DNA of 61,498 nucleotides, filler included, from Deltaproteobacteria bacterium (GTDB lineage Bacteria; JACQOV01): NCBI GenBank assembly GCA_016202395.1. It is 4 parts of 4 records of this genome, joined end to end, with 100 filler letters (N's around TTAATTAATTAA, not from the genome) between each part and the next. Parts side by side here need not be neighbours in the genome. Positions count along the whole stretch, not along the records: positions 27,211 to 37,487 come from JACQOV010000069.1; positions 37,588 to 56,094 come from JACQOV010000064.1; 2 more parts are not named here. One strand, 5' to 3'. Shown piece by piece: positions 29,810 to 37,688 of this stretch (position 1 is its first letter; each line of letters starts with the position of its first letter). The notes under the pieces were generated by a model. It saw only the letters and a program-made list of their open reading frames with translations, ran no database searches and was not told where the DNA came from. The position numbers and the translations under genes were made by a program.

Positions 29810-30937
29810 ATGTTAAAAATGAGGTTCTTTGTTTCTATTTTTCTGTTGGGTTTATTGTTTGATGTTGGGGTGTATGCCGAGGGCGCTCTTTACTTTCATG
29901 AGGATCATTTGGGGAGCGGGGTGGTGCGGACCGATTCTGGAGGGAAGGTTCGAGAGCTTTTGGTATATACCCCTTATGGGGAAGTCATAATACCCTCTCC
30001 CCAAGGGGGAGAGGGACAGGGTGAGGGGGATTCGTACCTCTACACGGGCCAGGAGTTGGACCGGGACACGGAGATCTATTCCTATGGGGCTCGGTGTTAC
30101 GATCCGGCTTTGAGCCGATTTTTAAGCATCGATCCTATCGAAGAGAATCCCCCGTATTCCTACACCTACAATAATCCGGTGGTATGGACCGATCCGGATG
30201 GCCAGGCTCCCGCTTCGGTGGTGAGGCCGAAAAGCAATCTGGCGTTGACGGCCGGAGAGCTTGCCATCATGAAAGAGGTATACGAGGCGGTGAAGAGAGA
30301 GTTCGAAGGAAGTACCAATGCTCCCGAGGTCGCTCGGCGGCTTAAGAACCAAGGGATCGATGTCACCGATGTAACAGTTAGGAACTATGCCAAAACGGAG
30401 TTTCAACTGAGGCCTCCTCGGACGCCTTATCACAAAGCGAATGCTGAAGCTGAAGAGGTTGTCGCTGCGGCTTTTAAGCATGAAGGAAATCTTACAGCAG
30501 CTAGCAAAGAGCTGCTAACTGCCCGTTCACCGGTTCTTCGACGTCTTCAGAGGCTGAAGGTAGGAGATCATGTGAGGACGATTAATAGATATCGTGTTCT
30601 AGTAGTAGAAGAGGATTTGGGAAAGACTGTCTGGGAGTTTCTGCGGGGAATGTATCCTACTCTTGAAGGAATTGGGATTCCTAAAGGTCTAACATGGGTG
30701 GGTGTTAAAGGAGCTTTAAAGAAAAACTCTGGGGCGATTAGTCCTGCTGCTCGTGATTTAGGAGTTGAACATAAGACTGTACAAGAATGGATAGAAGGGA
30801 ATTACCGTCTTAAGGAGTTTCCCGGTTTAACTGCAGGAGAGCGGCTTGCTCTCTATCGCGGGAATGTAGGGGATCCTCGGAGAAGCGACTGGCGCCGCCC
30901 TAATCAAGATTTTTATGACGAAATGAACCGCCCCTAA
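29810..30937 (+). CDS. signal peptide + isolated Rhs core + multi-HTH cargo (mini-Rhs 5, paralog of mini-Rhs 4)
   Basis: MRFFVSIFLLGLLFDVGVYA signal; core nearly identical to mini-Rhs 4; NNPVVWTDPDG; homologous cargo. Confidence 0.85.
   Translation: MLKMRFFVSIFLLGLLFDVGVYAEGALYFHEDHLGSGVVRTDSGGKVRELLVYTPYGEVIIPSPQGGEGQGEGDSYLYTGQELDRDTEIYSYGARCYDPALSRFLSIDPIEENPPYSYTYNNPVVWTDPDGQAPASVVRPKSNLALTAGELAIMKEVYEAVKREFEGSTNAPEVARRLKNQGIDVTDVTVRNYAKTEFQLRPPRTPYHKANAEAEEVVAAAFKHEGNLTAASKELLTARSPVLRRLQRLKVGDHVRTINRYRVLVVEEDLGKTVWEFLRGMYPTLEGIGIPKGLTWVGVKGALKKNSGAISPAARDLGVEHKTVQEWIEGNYRLKEFPGLTAGERLALYRGNVGDPRRSDWRRPNQDFYDEMNRP
29993..30029. repeat. second copy of the in-frame palindromic element in an Rhs core
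   Basis: Identical to 28755-28791. Confidence 0.7.
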
Positions 30938-30999
30938 AAATAACTCCCCCCGCCAACAAAACGATTTCTTTATAAGCCAATTTATTAATATCAATGTGC

Positions 31000-31028
31000 T
31001 TGACAAATGATTTTAAAGTTGTTAGTTT
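31000..31028 (+). promoter_or_regulatory. putative sigma70 promoter of the TA operon
   Basis: TTGACA-N17-TAGTTT with extended TG, 35 bp upstream of ATG 31063. Confidence 0.5.
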
Positions 31029-31062
31029 ATATGCATACTATATATTTAAAAGGAGAGAAGAT

Positions 31063-31338
31063 ATGCCAAGAATAAAGAACTTAAAACATAAAGATAGGCG
31101 AAAGATCATTGGCCGGCTCAATAATTGCAGTCGTATTGTTCTAGTACTGCAGCGAAATGGGGGTCTGCGTGTTTATGACCTCGACAGTTACGTAGGTCAC
31201 TCACGGCACATGAGGGCGGTGATCCATTTGAACAAACCTTGGATTAAAAGGCAAAAACCGCTGCTGGGACCGATGGGCGCAAGATCGTTAGGCGCGCCGA
31301 ATCACCTTTCTCGAAGGGAGATTTATGAAGAGTCATGA
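31063..31338 (+). CDS. putative antitoxin with an unrecognised N-terminus
   Basis: ATG 31063 with AGGAG RBS; basic 91-aa protein ending LSRREIYEE, a VapB-like tail; overlaps the PIN gene. Confidence 0.6.
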   Translation: MPRIKNLKHKDRRKIIGRLNNCSRIVLVLQRNGGLRVYDLDSYVGHSRHMRAVIHLNKPWIKRQKPLLGPMGARSLGAPNHLSRREIYEES

Positions 31339-31789
31339 GGGCAAGGAGTGGGTAGGCATTGATACCAACGTTTTGGTTTTCGCTGATGATGTTACAAGTC
31401 CGCATAACGATGTAGCTAAAAAATACCTTGAAGACGCTTTTCGTGGTTCGATTCACGTTTGTTTGAGCCATCAAGTGCTCATGGAATATTTCTCGGTTAT
31501 TACCAGTCCCCACCGAGTTAAGCATCCATTATCCATTCCAGAAGCCAAAGATCGTTTACTATTTCTTAATAGAACTCGGCGTATAAAAAAAATATATCCC
31601 TCTCGCACCTCGCTCAAGAGATGCATCGAATTATGCGCTCAAAATAGTATAAAAGGCGTTAAAATTTTTGATGTCTACTACGCCACTGTGCTTCTCGATA
31701 ATAAGATCTATAAGTTAATCACACAAAATGAAAAAGATTTTAATTTCATTACGGGTCTACGGACGGTGAATCCTTTTACCCCCTGCTAA
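31325..31789 (+). CDS. PIN-domain (VapC-like) toxin
   Basis: IDTNVLVFA, QVLMEYFSVIT, IFDVYYAT, LITQNEKDF, VNPF. Confidence 0.88.
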   Translation: MKSHEGKEWVGIDTNVLVFADDVTSPHNDVAKKYLEDAFRGSIHVCLSHQVLMEYFSVITSPHRVKHPLSIPEAKDRLLFLNRTRRIKKIYPSRTSLKRCIELCAQNSIKGVKIFDVYYATVLLDNKIYKLITQNEKDFNFITGLRTVNPFTPC

Positions 31790-31829
31790 GGCACAGTGTG
31801 CCAACATCAGCAATCGACAAGTTTTGTTT

Positions 31830-31914
31830 CCTCCCCTTAGGATAAGGGGAGGTTAGGAGGGGTTAACTTTGAAAAAGTAACTCCCCCTAACCCCCTCTTA
31901 TTTTAAGAGGGGGG
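31830..31914. repeat. double-hairpin CCTCCCC-type palindromic element, possibly a bidirectional terminator
   Basis: CCTCCCCTTA-GGA-TAAGGGGAGG and CCCCCTCTTA-TTT-TAAGAGGGGG hairpins joined by TTAGGAGGGGTTA/TAACTCCCCCTAA; between convergent genes, overlapping the ccmE stop. Confidence 0.7.
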
Positions 31915-32337
31915 ATTCGAAGTGGGGACCTTTTGCTCCAAATCGGGCTCATACTTTGAGGGGCATTTTGTCAATATTTTAGAGGCCTTAAAAATTCCAT
32001 CGGATGGGTAGGTCCCCTCCACAATCACATGCGCCCCTTCTTTGAAGGCATCGGGAACCGCTCCTTGGTACTCCACAGGGATTGTAGAGGTGTTTTCTGG
32101 AGATTGAAACTCCACCAGATCGAATTGATATCGGAGAGAGTCCCCCTGCACAAGGCTTCCTGTCACCACTTTTCCTCCGATTCGAAGGTCCTGATCGTAG
32201 TAGTGAGTCGGCTGAGCCATAAGCTCGGCAGGGGTGATGTAGTACACCATTGTCTCTTTGACGCCCGAATAGACAAGATAGACGATGGCAACCCCTACCA
32301 CCAGAATCATAATGGAAAAACTGCGGTGTTTTTTCAT
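31903..32337 (-). CDS. ccmE: cytochrome c maturation heme chaperone CcmE (CxxxY variant)
   Basis: TM anchor, VYYITPAEL, LRIGGKV..GS, YQGAVPDAFKEG, VIVEG, KCPSKY. Confidence 0.9.
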   Translation of the reverse strand: MKKHRSFSIMILVVGVAIVYLVYSGVKETMVYYITPAELMAQPTHYYDQDLRIGGKVVTGSLVQGDSLRYQFDLVEFQSPENTSTIPVEYQGAVPDAFKEGAHVIVEGTYPSDGIFKASKILTKCPSKYEPDLEQKVPTSNPPS

Positions 32338-32401
32338 AAGCCTACCCCCTCACATTAGCAAAAGGAGGGATCGGGGACAAGTTACTTATGAACTCCTTAG
32401 T

Positions 32402-32472
32402 AAAAGAAAACAAGCCAGGCACGACAGGTCCTCTTTGTCTTGAACAGAGGGGACCCGCTGTTACCTGGCTTG
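32402..32472 (-). terminator. putative intrinsic terminator after the large cytochrome gene
   Basis: CAAGCCAGG/CCTGGCTTG outer stem with an inner GGTCCTCT/AGGGGACC stem, followed on the minus strand by TTTTCTTTT. Confidence 0.5.
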
Positions 32473-32487
32473 AAAATTTCACGGCGT

Positions 32488-35166
32488 CTATCTTTGTTTC
32501 GCATTCGGGAAGTCGGTGGTAAAAGAGTTCCCCCCGGCTGCGGTGTACGTTTTTTGCAATACTTGGAGCGCAAAACCCGCGTTGTGGATTCCCAAACTTC
32601 CATCCCGCGCAATCAAGTTGTGATTCCAGACCGCACGCCGGAGGGTATCGGTTGTCGCATTAAAACTAGCTGCTTGCGCCGAAGAACTCGAGCCGTTGTA
32701 ACCGATCGCGTCGACGGTGACTTCACCACTGGACTCCACGGTGCCACTCGATGAGCTAATGTTTGTGGCATCCAATGATTTAATCTTGTTCGATAGAGCC
32801 AGGAGAAGTCCTGTTACCTCGTCTTGAATCCCTTCTTGAGATCCGTCTCCGTCGTAGTCATCCCGCGCCAGCCGATTAAAGGCGGTCACAGAGGCATGGC
32901 ACGTGGTGCAGATACTGGCAAGCTCGACATCCCCAGCCTCGGCCTCTTCATCTGCCTCTGTTTCTTCCCCTTGGAGATGTCCCAGTCCATGTTCGGTACG
33001 GAGCTTTAAGGCGTGACCCCCCAGGTGTTGGTAGCCTTCTTCCTCAGGGCCGGGGCCGGTAGCCATATGACAGGTTACACATTTGTTGTTTTCAGCTGAG
33101 AGGTTGGTGTCCCCTGTAACCCCAGCCAATGTAAAATCCGCATCGGTGTGGAAGGAATTGTCCGTCAGGCTGAAATCGGCCGTTCCGTCTCCATTAAGAT
33201 CGGTGAGAGCCCCTTTCCCCTCGAGAACGGGAGCTTGAGGATTATAGTGGACTTGTCGCCAGTACTGATTGGCCGATTCATCTAGAGTGTCGCAGATCGA
33301 TTCTGCGGTTCCATCCCGATTGGCATCACAGTCCACCTCATCATGTTGATACAAGGCGTCGTGGCAGGTGTAGCAGACGGCCGCTTTCCCAGCGTCCACC
33401 GTGGAGCCATCGACAACCATGGTAACATTGCCTTCAAGGCGAAGTTGGAAATCGTTAGTGGCATCGTGAGGGTCATGACAGCCGGCGCAGGTAATTCCAG
33501 GGAAAGCCCCTGTTTCTGGAGCTGCAGCCACCGCGGCGATCGCCTCTTCTGAAGCTTCCCAATCATCGATATTGTCGACATGAGTGGCAAACCCTCTGGC
33601 ATTATGGCAGCGCAAACAGCCGCTGTTGGTGACCCAGTAGGTTTGATAGCCTCCGCGGTCGTGAGCTACCCCCGTGGAGTTGTGCGCGGAATTTTTCCAC
33701 TGTGTTTCTTGGATGTGACACTGTCCACAGACTCCGAATTGGGCGGAGGAGAAAGAGGTGCGCAGAGGGTCTCCGGTGTGTTGGCTTCCAGGGCCATGGC
33801 AGTTCTCACATTGGACGTTAGCCAGTTTAGCCATATCAGGGTAGCCTGAAGTAAAGGCCAAATAAGACATTCCCGATTCTGGAAAAGCGAAACTTGCATC
33901 TGTTACAAGATCATCGAATCCAGAGTTGTCGGCGCTGGAATCATAGCCCACGGTATGGAACTCCCAGAGATAAGGTTCCGGAGCTAGAGCTGCGTAAGTT
34001 CCGATCGAATCTGAAAAAAGGTCGGCATGGTGGGTTTCGGACCAGCCGGTTGTTTTATCACCTTGAATCGTTCCGTCGTGGCAATTGGCGCATTGAGGGG
34101 AGACGGGGGTTGTCCCTCCGATCGTTCCCACTCCCACCCAATCGGCCGCATTGATCAAAAGAGTGCCTGACGTGGCCGCAGAGGTGCTGCTGTAAGCTAC
34201 GGTGTAGATCCCCTCAACATCGGGGATAAACTTAGGAAATTCTAGCGAGGAACTGGTAGTTCCGGAGTCACTGAAGGTTGAAGAAGATCCCGAGGGTGGG
34301 CTTAATGTCCAGCTCCAATCGGTGATGGCAGTGCTGGCAGCCGAAGTGGCTTTCAAATTGGGGCCCGACAGATAGACCCCCGTTTTAATGGCCACATTGG
34401 GGAGGCCGGTCGATCGATGGATTTCGGAGCCGTCGTTGGCAACGTAGACCGAAAGAGTTTCAGAGTCGCTGTTGCCGCTGCCGTCGGTAACCGTCAGTTT
34501 GAAAACCATCTTTGTGTCGTCCCGAGAGACCGGCAAGACTTGCCATTTGTATTGATCGCTTGCGTTGAAGAAATCGTCGAGAGAAGGGCCGGTGAATTCC
34601 AAGGCGCTGTTTGTGGTTCCATTGGTGGTGGTGGCCCCAGGTCCAGAGACCTGCTCCCAAGCGTAGGAGGCAATCGTGGCTCCACTGGCCACACGACTGT
34701 TGGCTCCAGAGAGGGAACCCCCTGTTTGTTCGAGGTTTAGGACATACTCCGTTGAATTGAATCGCTCGCGTGTGGTGATCGCCCCGCTGGTTGTAATTGC
34801 AGCCACAAGATTCTTTGCCGTAACTGTGACGGTGTCGGTGCTGGCTCCATTGTTGATGGAGAGCTTTGCCACATAACTTCCAATGACATCGGGAACAAAG
34901 GTGGGACTCAACGTGGTCGCTTTTGAAAGAGAGGCAGAGGAGCCTGTCGGTTTGGAATCAAAGGACCAACTCACGGTGTCAACACCGATGCTGGCGAGCC
35001 CATCGAGGGTTACCGTGTCGCTCACCAGAGCGTCGGCATCCTCCCCCGCGTTGGCACTGACAGCCACCGCAGCAGCGTCATCGCTACTGCATCCAGGAGC
35101 CCCTAGTAAGAAGGCGGCCAACAAAGGGATCCATGGTAAAAGCCACAATTTTGAGGGGGTATTCAT
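32488..35166 (-). CDS. outer-surface multiheme c-type cytochrome lipoprotein (8 CxxCH) with PKD/Ig-like N-terminal domains
   Basis: Start ATG 35166 with AAGGAGG; lipobox APGC; ANAGED..VTLDG..S...WS PKD-like repeats; CANCH, CENCH, CGQCH, CLRCH, CAGCH, CYTCH, CVTCH, CTTCH; C-terminal AVWN...DGSLGIHN helix. Confidence 0.88.
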   Translation of the reverse strand: MNTPSKLWLLPWIPLLAAFLLGAPGCSSDDAAAVAVSANAGEDADALVSDTVTLDGLASIGVDTVSWSFDSKPTGSSASLSKATTLSPTFVPDVIGSYVAKLSINNGASTDTVTVTAKNLVAAITTSGAITTRERFNSTEYVLNLEQTGGSLSGANSRVASGATIASYAWEQVSGPGATTTNGTTNSALEFTGPSLDDFFNASDQYKWQVLPVSRDDTKMVFKLTVTDGSGNSDSETLSVYVANDGSEIHRSTGLPNVAIKTGVYLSGPNLKATSAASTAITDWSWTLSPPSGSSSTFSDSGTTSSSLEFPKFIPDVEGIYTVAYSSTSAATSGTLLINAADWVGVGTIGGTTPVSPQCANCHDGTIQGDKTTGWSETHHADLFSDSIGTYAALAPEPYLWEFHTVGYDSSADNSGFDDLVTDASFAFPESGMSYLAFTSGYPDMAKLANVQCENCHGPGSQHTGDPLRTSFSSAQFGVCGQCHIQETQWKNSAHNSTGVAHDRGGYQTYWVTNSGCLRCHNARGFATHVDNIDDWEASEEAIAAVAAAPETGAFPGITCAGCHDPHDATNDFQLRLEGNVTMVVDGSTVDAGKAAVCYTCHDALYQHDEVDCDANRDGTAESICDTLDESANQYWRQVHYNPQAPVLEGKGALTDLNGDGTADFSLTDNSFHTDADFTLAGVTGDTNLSAENNKCVTCHMATGPGPEEEGYQHLGGHALKLRTEHGLGHLQGEETEADEEAEAGDVELASICTTCHASVTAFNRLARDDYDGDGSQEGIQDEVTGLLLALSNKIKSLDATNISSSSGTVESSGEVTVDAIGYNGSSSSAQAASFNATTDTLRRAVWNHNLIARDGSLGIHNAGFALQVLQKTYTAAGGNSFTTDFPNAKQR

Positions 35167-35209
35167 ATTTTCCTCCTTGTTAAGGTTTTTCAAGAACATC
35201 ACAAAACCC

Positions 35210-35917
35210 CTATTTTGTATGGCATGAGGTACAGGCCATGCCATTGTCTTGATGCCGCAGAGGGGCGTGACAACTGCGGCAATCGGCCCCCACAAGGTGT
35301 AAAGCATTATTAGGTTGAGAAGGGGTTGCCTGGTGCGAAGGCGTCCCGGTATGACAAACCGCGCAGGTTTGCGCTCCGACCGATGTCAAAGGGAAATGAC
35401 AGCTCAAGCAGTGGTTGCTTCGCGGAGTCCCCCATGCGGCGAGATGGTTCATCGGTTTTGTTTCCGCATGGCATCGTTCACAAAAATCAACGGAGGCATG
35501 ACACGTGGCGCAACGACTTCGATCCAGGCTTGTGGACACCGCGTGTCCTTTAAGTCGCCAAAAACCGGTGTGATTTAAAGGGGCTTCTTGTAGATGGCAT
35601 TGCGCGCAATCCCCCTCTTTGTGGCAAAAATAACACATATTCTGTGTTTTGTAGCCGTATTTTCTGGGCCCGTAATCTCCGTGCTTGCGGATCCAAGACA
35701 GATCGTGAGTTGCGGGACGGCTCTGAGGCGAACGGATATCGTCATGGCAATCCACGCAGGTTGTGTCTTTATCGATATCTTTGTGGTCTCCCTCCCAAGG
35801 AGAGACCCAATTCGAATCCACATCTCCCCACGTGATGGATCTCTGGCATTCCTTATTGGCAAGGACGAACGGAAGGAAAATAAAGAGGAGCCCAATTTTT
35901 TTCTTTAGAATTCCCAT
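35210..35917 (-). CDS. periplasmic nonaheme c-type cytochrome
   Basis: Signal peptide; nine CxxCH motifs (CVDCH, CYFCH, CAQCH, CATCH, CERCH, CLSCH, CAVCH, CRSCH, CTSCH) in 235 aa. Confidence 0.9.
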   Translation of the reverse strand: MGILKKKIGLLFIFLPFVLANKECQRSITWGDVDSNWVSPWEGDHKDIDKDTTCVDCHDDIRSPQSRPATHDLSWIRKHGDYGPRKYGYKTQNMCYFCHKEGDCAQCHLQEAPLNHTGFWRLKGHAVSTSLDRSRCATCHASVDFCERCHAETKPMNHLAAWGTPRSNHCLSCHFPLTSVGAQTCAVCHTGTPSHQATPSQPNNALHLVGADCRSCHAPLRHQDNGMACTSCHTK

Positions 35918-37248
35918 ATCAAACTGGTTTCCACCGTTTGAAAATCTTCGAGGTCATTATTCTCGTACTCATAACCTACCTTCGCTTTAAGGCTTTTCAC
36001 AATTTTCCCTTCAACGTTTCCAAAATAGGTTTGAACGTTGACCGACTCATCGCCATACAAAAGATTATATCGGTACAAATAGTAAGCGGTTCCTCCATCC
36101 ATCTCGAGACGTTTCTTGAAAAGCTTTTGCGAGGCAAAGAAAGAGAAACCCGTGGAGTTATTTTTTAAAGTACTGTCCTCTCCATGATAGTAATCGAAGG
36201 TGGTGTTCAGGGCTAAGTTTTTGACTAAGAAATCGTGAGAGGAGCCGGATAAATAGACCCTCTCGTAACCGTGGTTAAAAGCGCTGGCGATCTGTTCATC
36301 GTCAAGGAATCGGTAATCAACCCCCCCATCCACCATAAATTTTTTGCCCAACCCTTTGTTGACACTCAGAGAGATCTGGCTGAAAGGCTCATAGGTGCCA
36401 GCAATTCCATAGGCATCCCATTCAATCACCCGAATGTCGTAGCCTTCTAATAACCGATACCCTCTCAAGCGAATAGAAAAATCTTTGTCAGAATTTCGAA
36501 AGGAGGTGGCGGCTTCCACGTCTCGAACTTGGTCGGAGAAAGTGGTGAATCTTGTGTAGAAATCAAAATTCTCAGTGAGATCGATCCACAAAGAGGTTCC
36601 CATGAGATCATCTTCTTGATCCCCCTCCGTGATTCGAAAGGCGCTCGTGTCATCTTTCAAGTGTGTTTCATCAAATCGAAAACGGACGGCGGCAATGGGA
36701 TTCCATTGGAGGTAGCCTCCGGCGACCCAATCTCCAGGGTCGATTCCGATCTCACTCTCAAATTGATGCACAGGAATGCCGCCGTACCCGCCCAAGGTGA
36801 TTCCGTAGTAAGGCATGGTTTCAACCGATGTTCCGTCAAAATAGAGGGCATCTAAAGCGTAGAGATATTGTCGGCCCACGCGCAGGCTTTCAATCGGCTT
36901 GATTTTTTTTGCGTTCATGTATGCGTAGTAAAGACGCCCTACGGTCGATTTAGGAAAGGTGTCATAGATGCCGGAGAGAGAGAAGTCGTCTTGTTTGCCA
37001 TTGAGATCAAAGATTCCTCCACCTTGCAGAGCCCCGGAGAATCGGTCTCGGATAGGATCTCCAATGTTGAGTGACAGAGTGCTTTCTAGATCATGATCTT
37101 TAACATCACTTGTTGCTCGAAATTTGTATTCATTCGACAAAGAACCGTTGAAGAACTTTTCTTCTGCATGGAGAAAGGAAGGGACAGACACCAACCCCAT
37201 CGCTATCGCGGAAATAAGGACACCCATCCTGGTACTGGAGAGGATCAT
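35905..37248 (-). CDS. outer-membrane beta-barrel protein (porin of a porin-cytochrome complex)
   Basis: Signal peptide ending LHA; amphipathic aromatic-rich strands; RVGRQ motif; C-terminal beta-signal SLIWEF; overlaps the nonaheme gene. Confidence 0.78.
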   Translation of the reverse strand: MILSSTRMGVLISAIAMGLVSVPSFLHAEEKFFNGSLSNEYKFRATSDVKDHDLESTLSLNIGDPIRDRFSGALQGGGIFDLNGKQDDFSLSGIYDTFPKSTVGRLYYAYMNAKKIKPIESLRVGRQYLYALDALYFDGTSVETMPYYGITLGGYGGIPVHQFESEIGIDPGDWVAGGYLQWNPIAAVRFRFDETHLKDDTSAFRITEGDQEDDLMGTSLWIDLTENFDFYTRFTTFSDQVRDVEAATSFRNSDKDFSIRLRGYRLLEGYDIRVIEWDAYGIAGTYEPFSQISLSVNKGLGKKFMVDGGVDYRFLDDEQIASAFNHGYERVYLSGSSHDFLVKNLALNTTFDYYHGEDSTLKNNSTGFSFFASQKLFKKRLEMDGGTAYYLYRYNLLYGDESVNVQTYFGNVEGKIVKSLKAKVGYEYENNDLEDFQTVETSLIWEF

Positions 37249-37423
37249 TATTTGTATCCTAAGTTTGTGCCTTACAGGAACACCGTATCCGAGATCACGG
37301 TTCTTTGGGTAGGATGCCTATCATGTGTCTATATGACTCGCATCATGGGCCGCCCATTTCTCGCCTACCCCCAGTTCCTAGGTCAGGGTATTCCTTGAGC
37401 GACTTCAAGAAATTTTGGACTTA

Positions 37424-37482
37424 TCGGTGGGAAAAGTTCACGGGAATGTTTCTTCTCGCTTCACTCGCAAGATTTTTGACCC
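37424..37482. repeat. copy of the terminal arm of the 7-231 element at a contig end
   Basis: GAAAAGTTCACGGGAATGTTTCTTCTCGCTTCACTCGCAAGATTTTTGACCC is nearly identical to the reverse complement of 175-226. Confidence 0.75.
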
Positions 37483-37487
37483 CTCTA

Positions 37488-37587
37488 NNNNNNNNNNNNN
37501 NNNNNNNNNNNNNNNNNNNNNNNNNNNNNNNTTAATTAATTAANNNNNNNNNNNNNNNNNNNNNNNNNNNNNNNNNNNNNNNNNNNN
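37488..37587. other. artificial contig linker
   Basis: 44 N + TTAATTAATTAA + 44 N. Confidence 0.97.
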
Positions 37588-37688
37588 CTTGACTTGTTTG
37601 TAGAGGGGGTGTTAAAAGAAAGAAGTTTTATTACGAGCAATTCTATGAAAATATTAGATTTTTTCTTCGTCTACAAGAGGAGGTTTCC

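Noticed and set aside
28554..30937. Mini-Rhs 4/5 as a diversity-generating retroelement TR/VR pair
   Set aside because: Mismatches involve all bases rather than adenines only, both copies are full ORFs, and no reverse transcriptase is present.
24813..30937. Classical T6SS or Tc Rhs toxin locus
   Set aside because: No YD shell, PAAR, VgrG, EagR, TcA/TcB or immunity genes are visible.
35167..35307. Long N-terminal extensions in the ORF track (large cytochrome, gltD, LpoA-like, dnaJ, pal, mini-Rhs 1 and 4)
   Set aside because: They overlap neighbouring genes or promoters. Downstream ATGs have RBSs or coupled stops and restore signal peptides or conserved starts.
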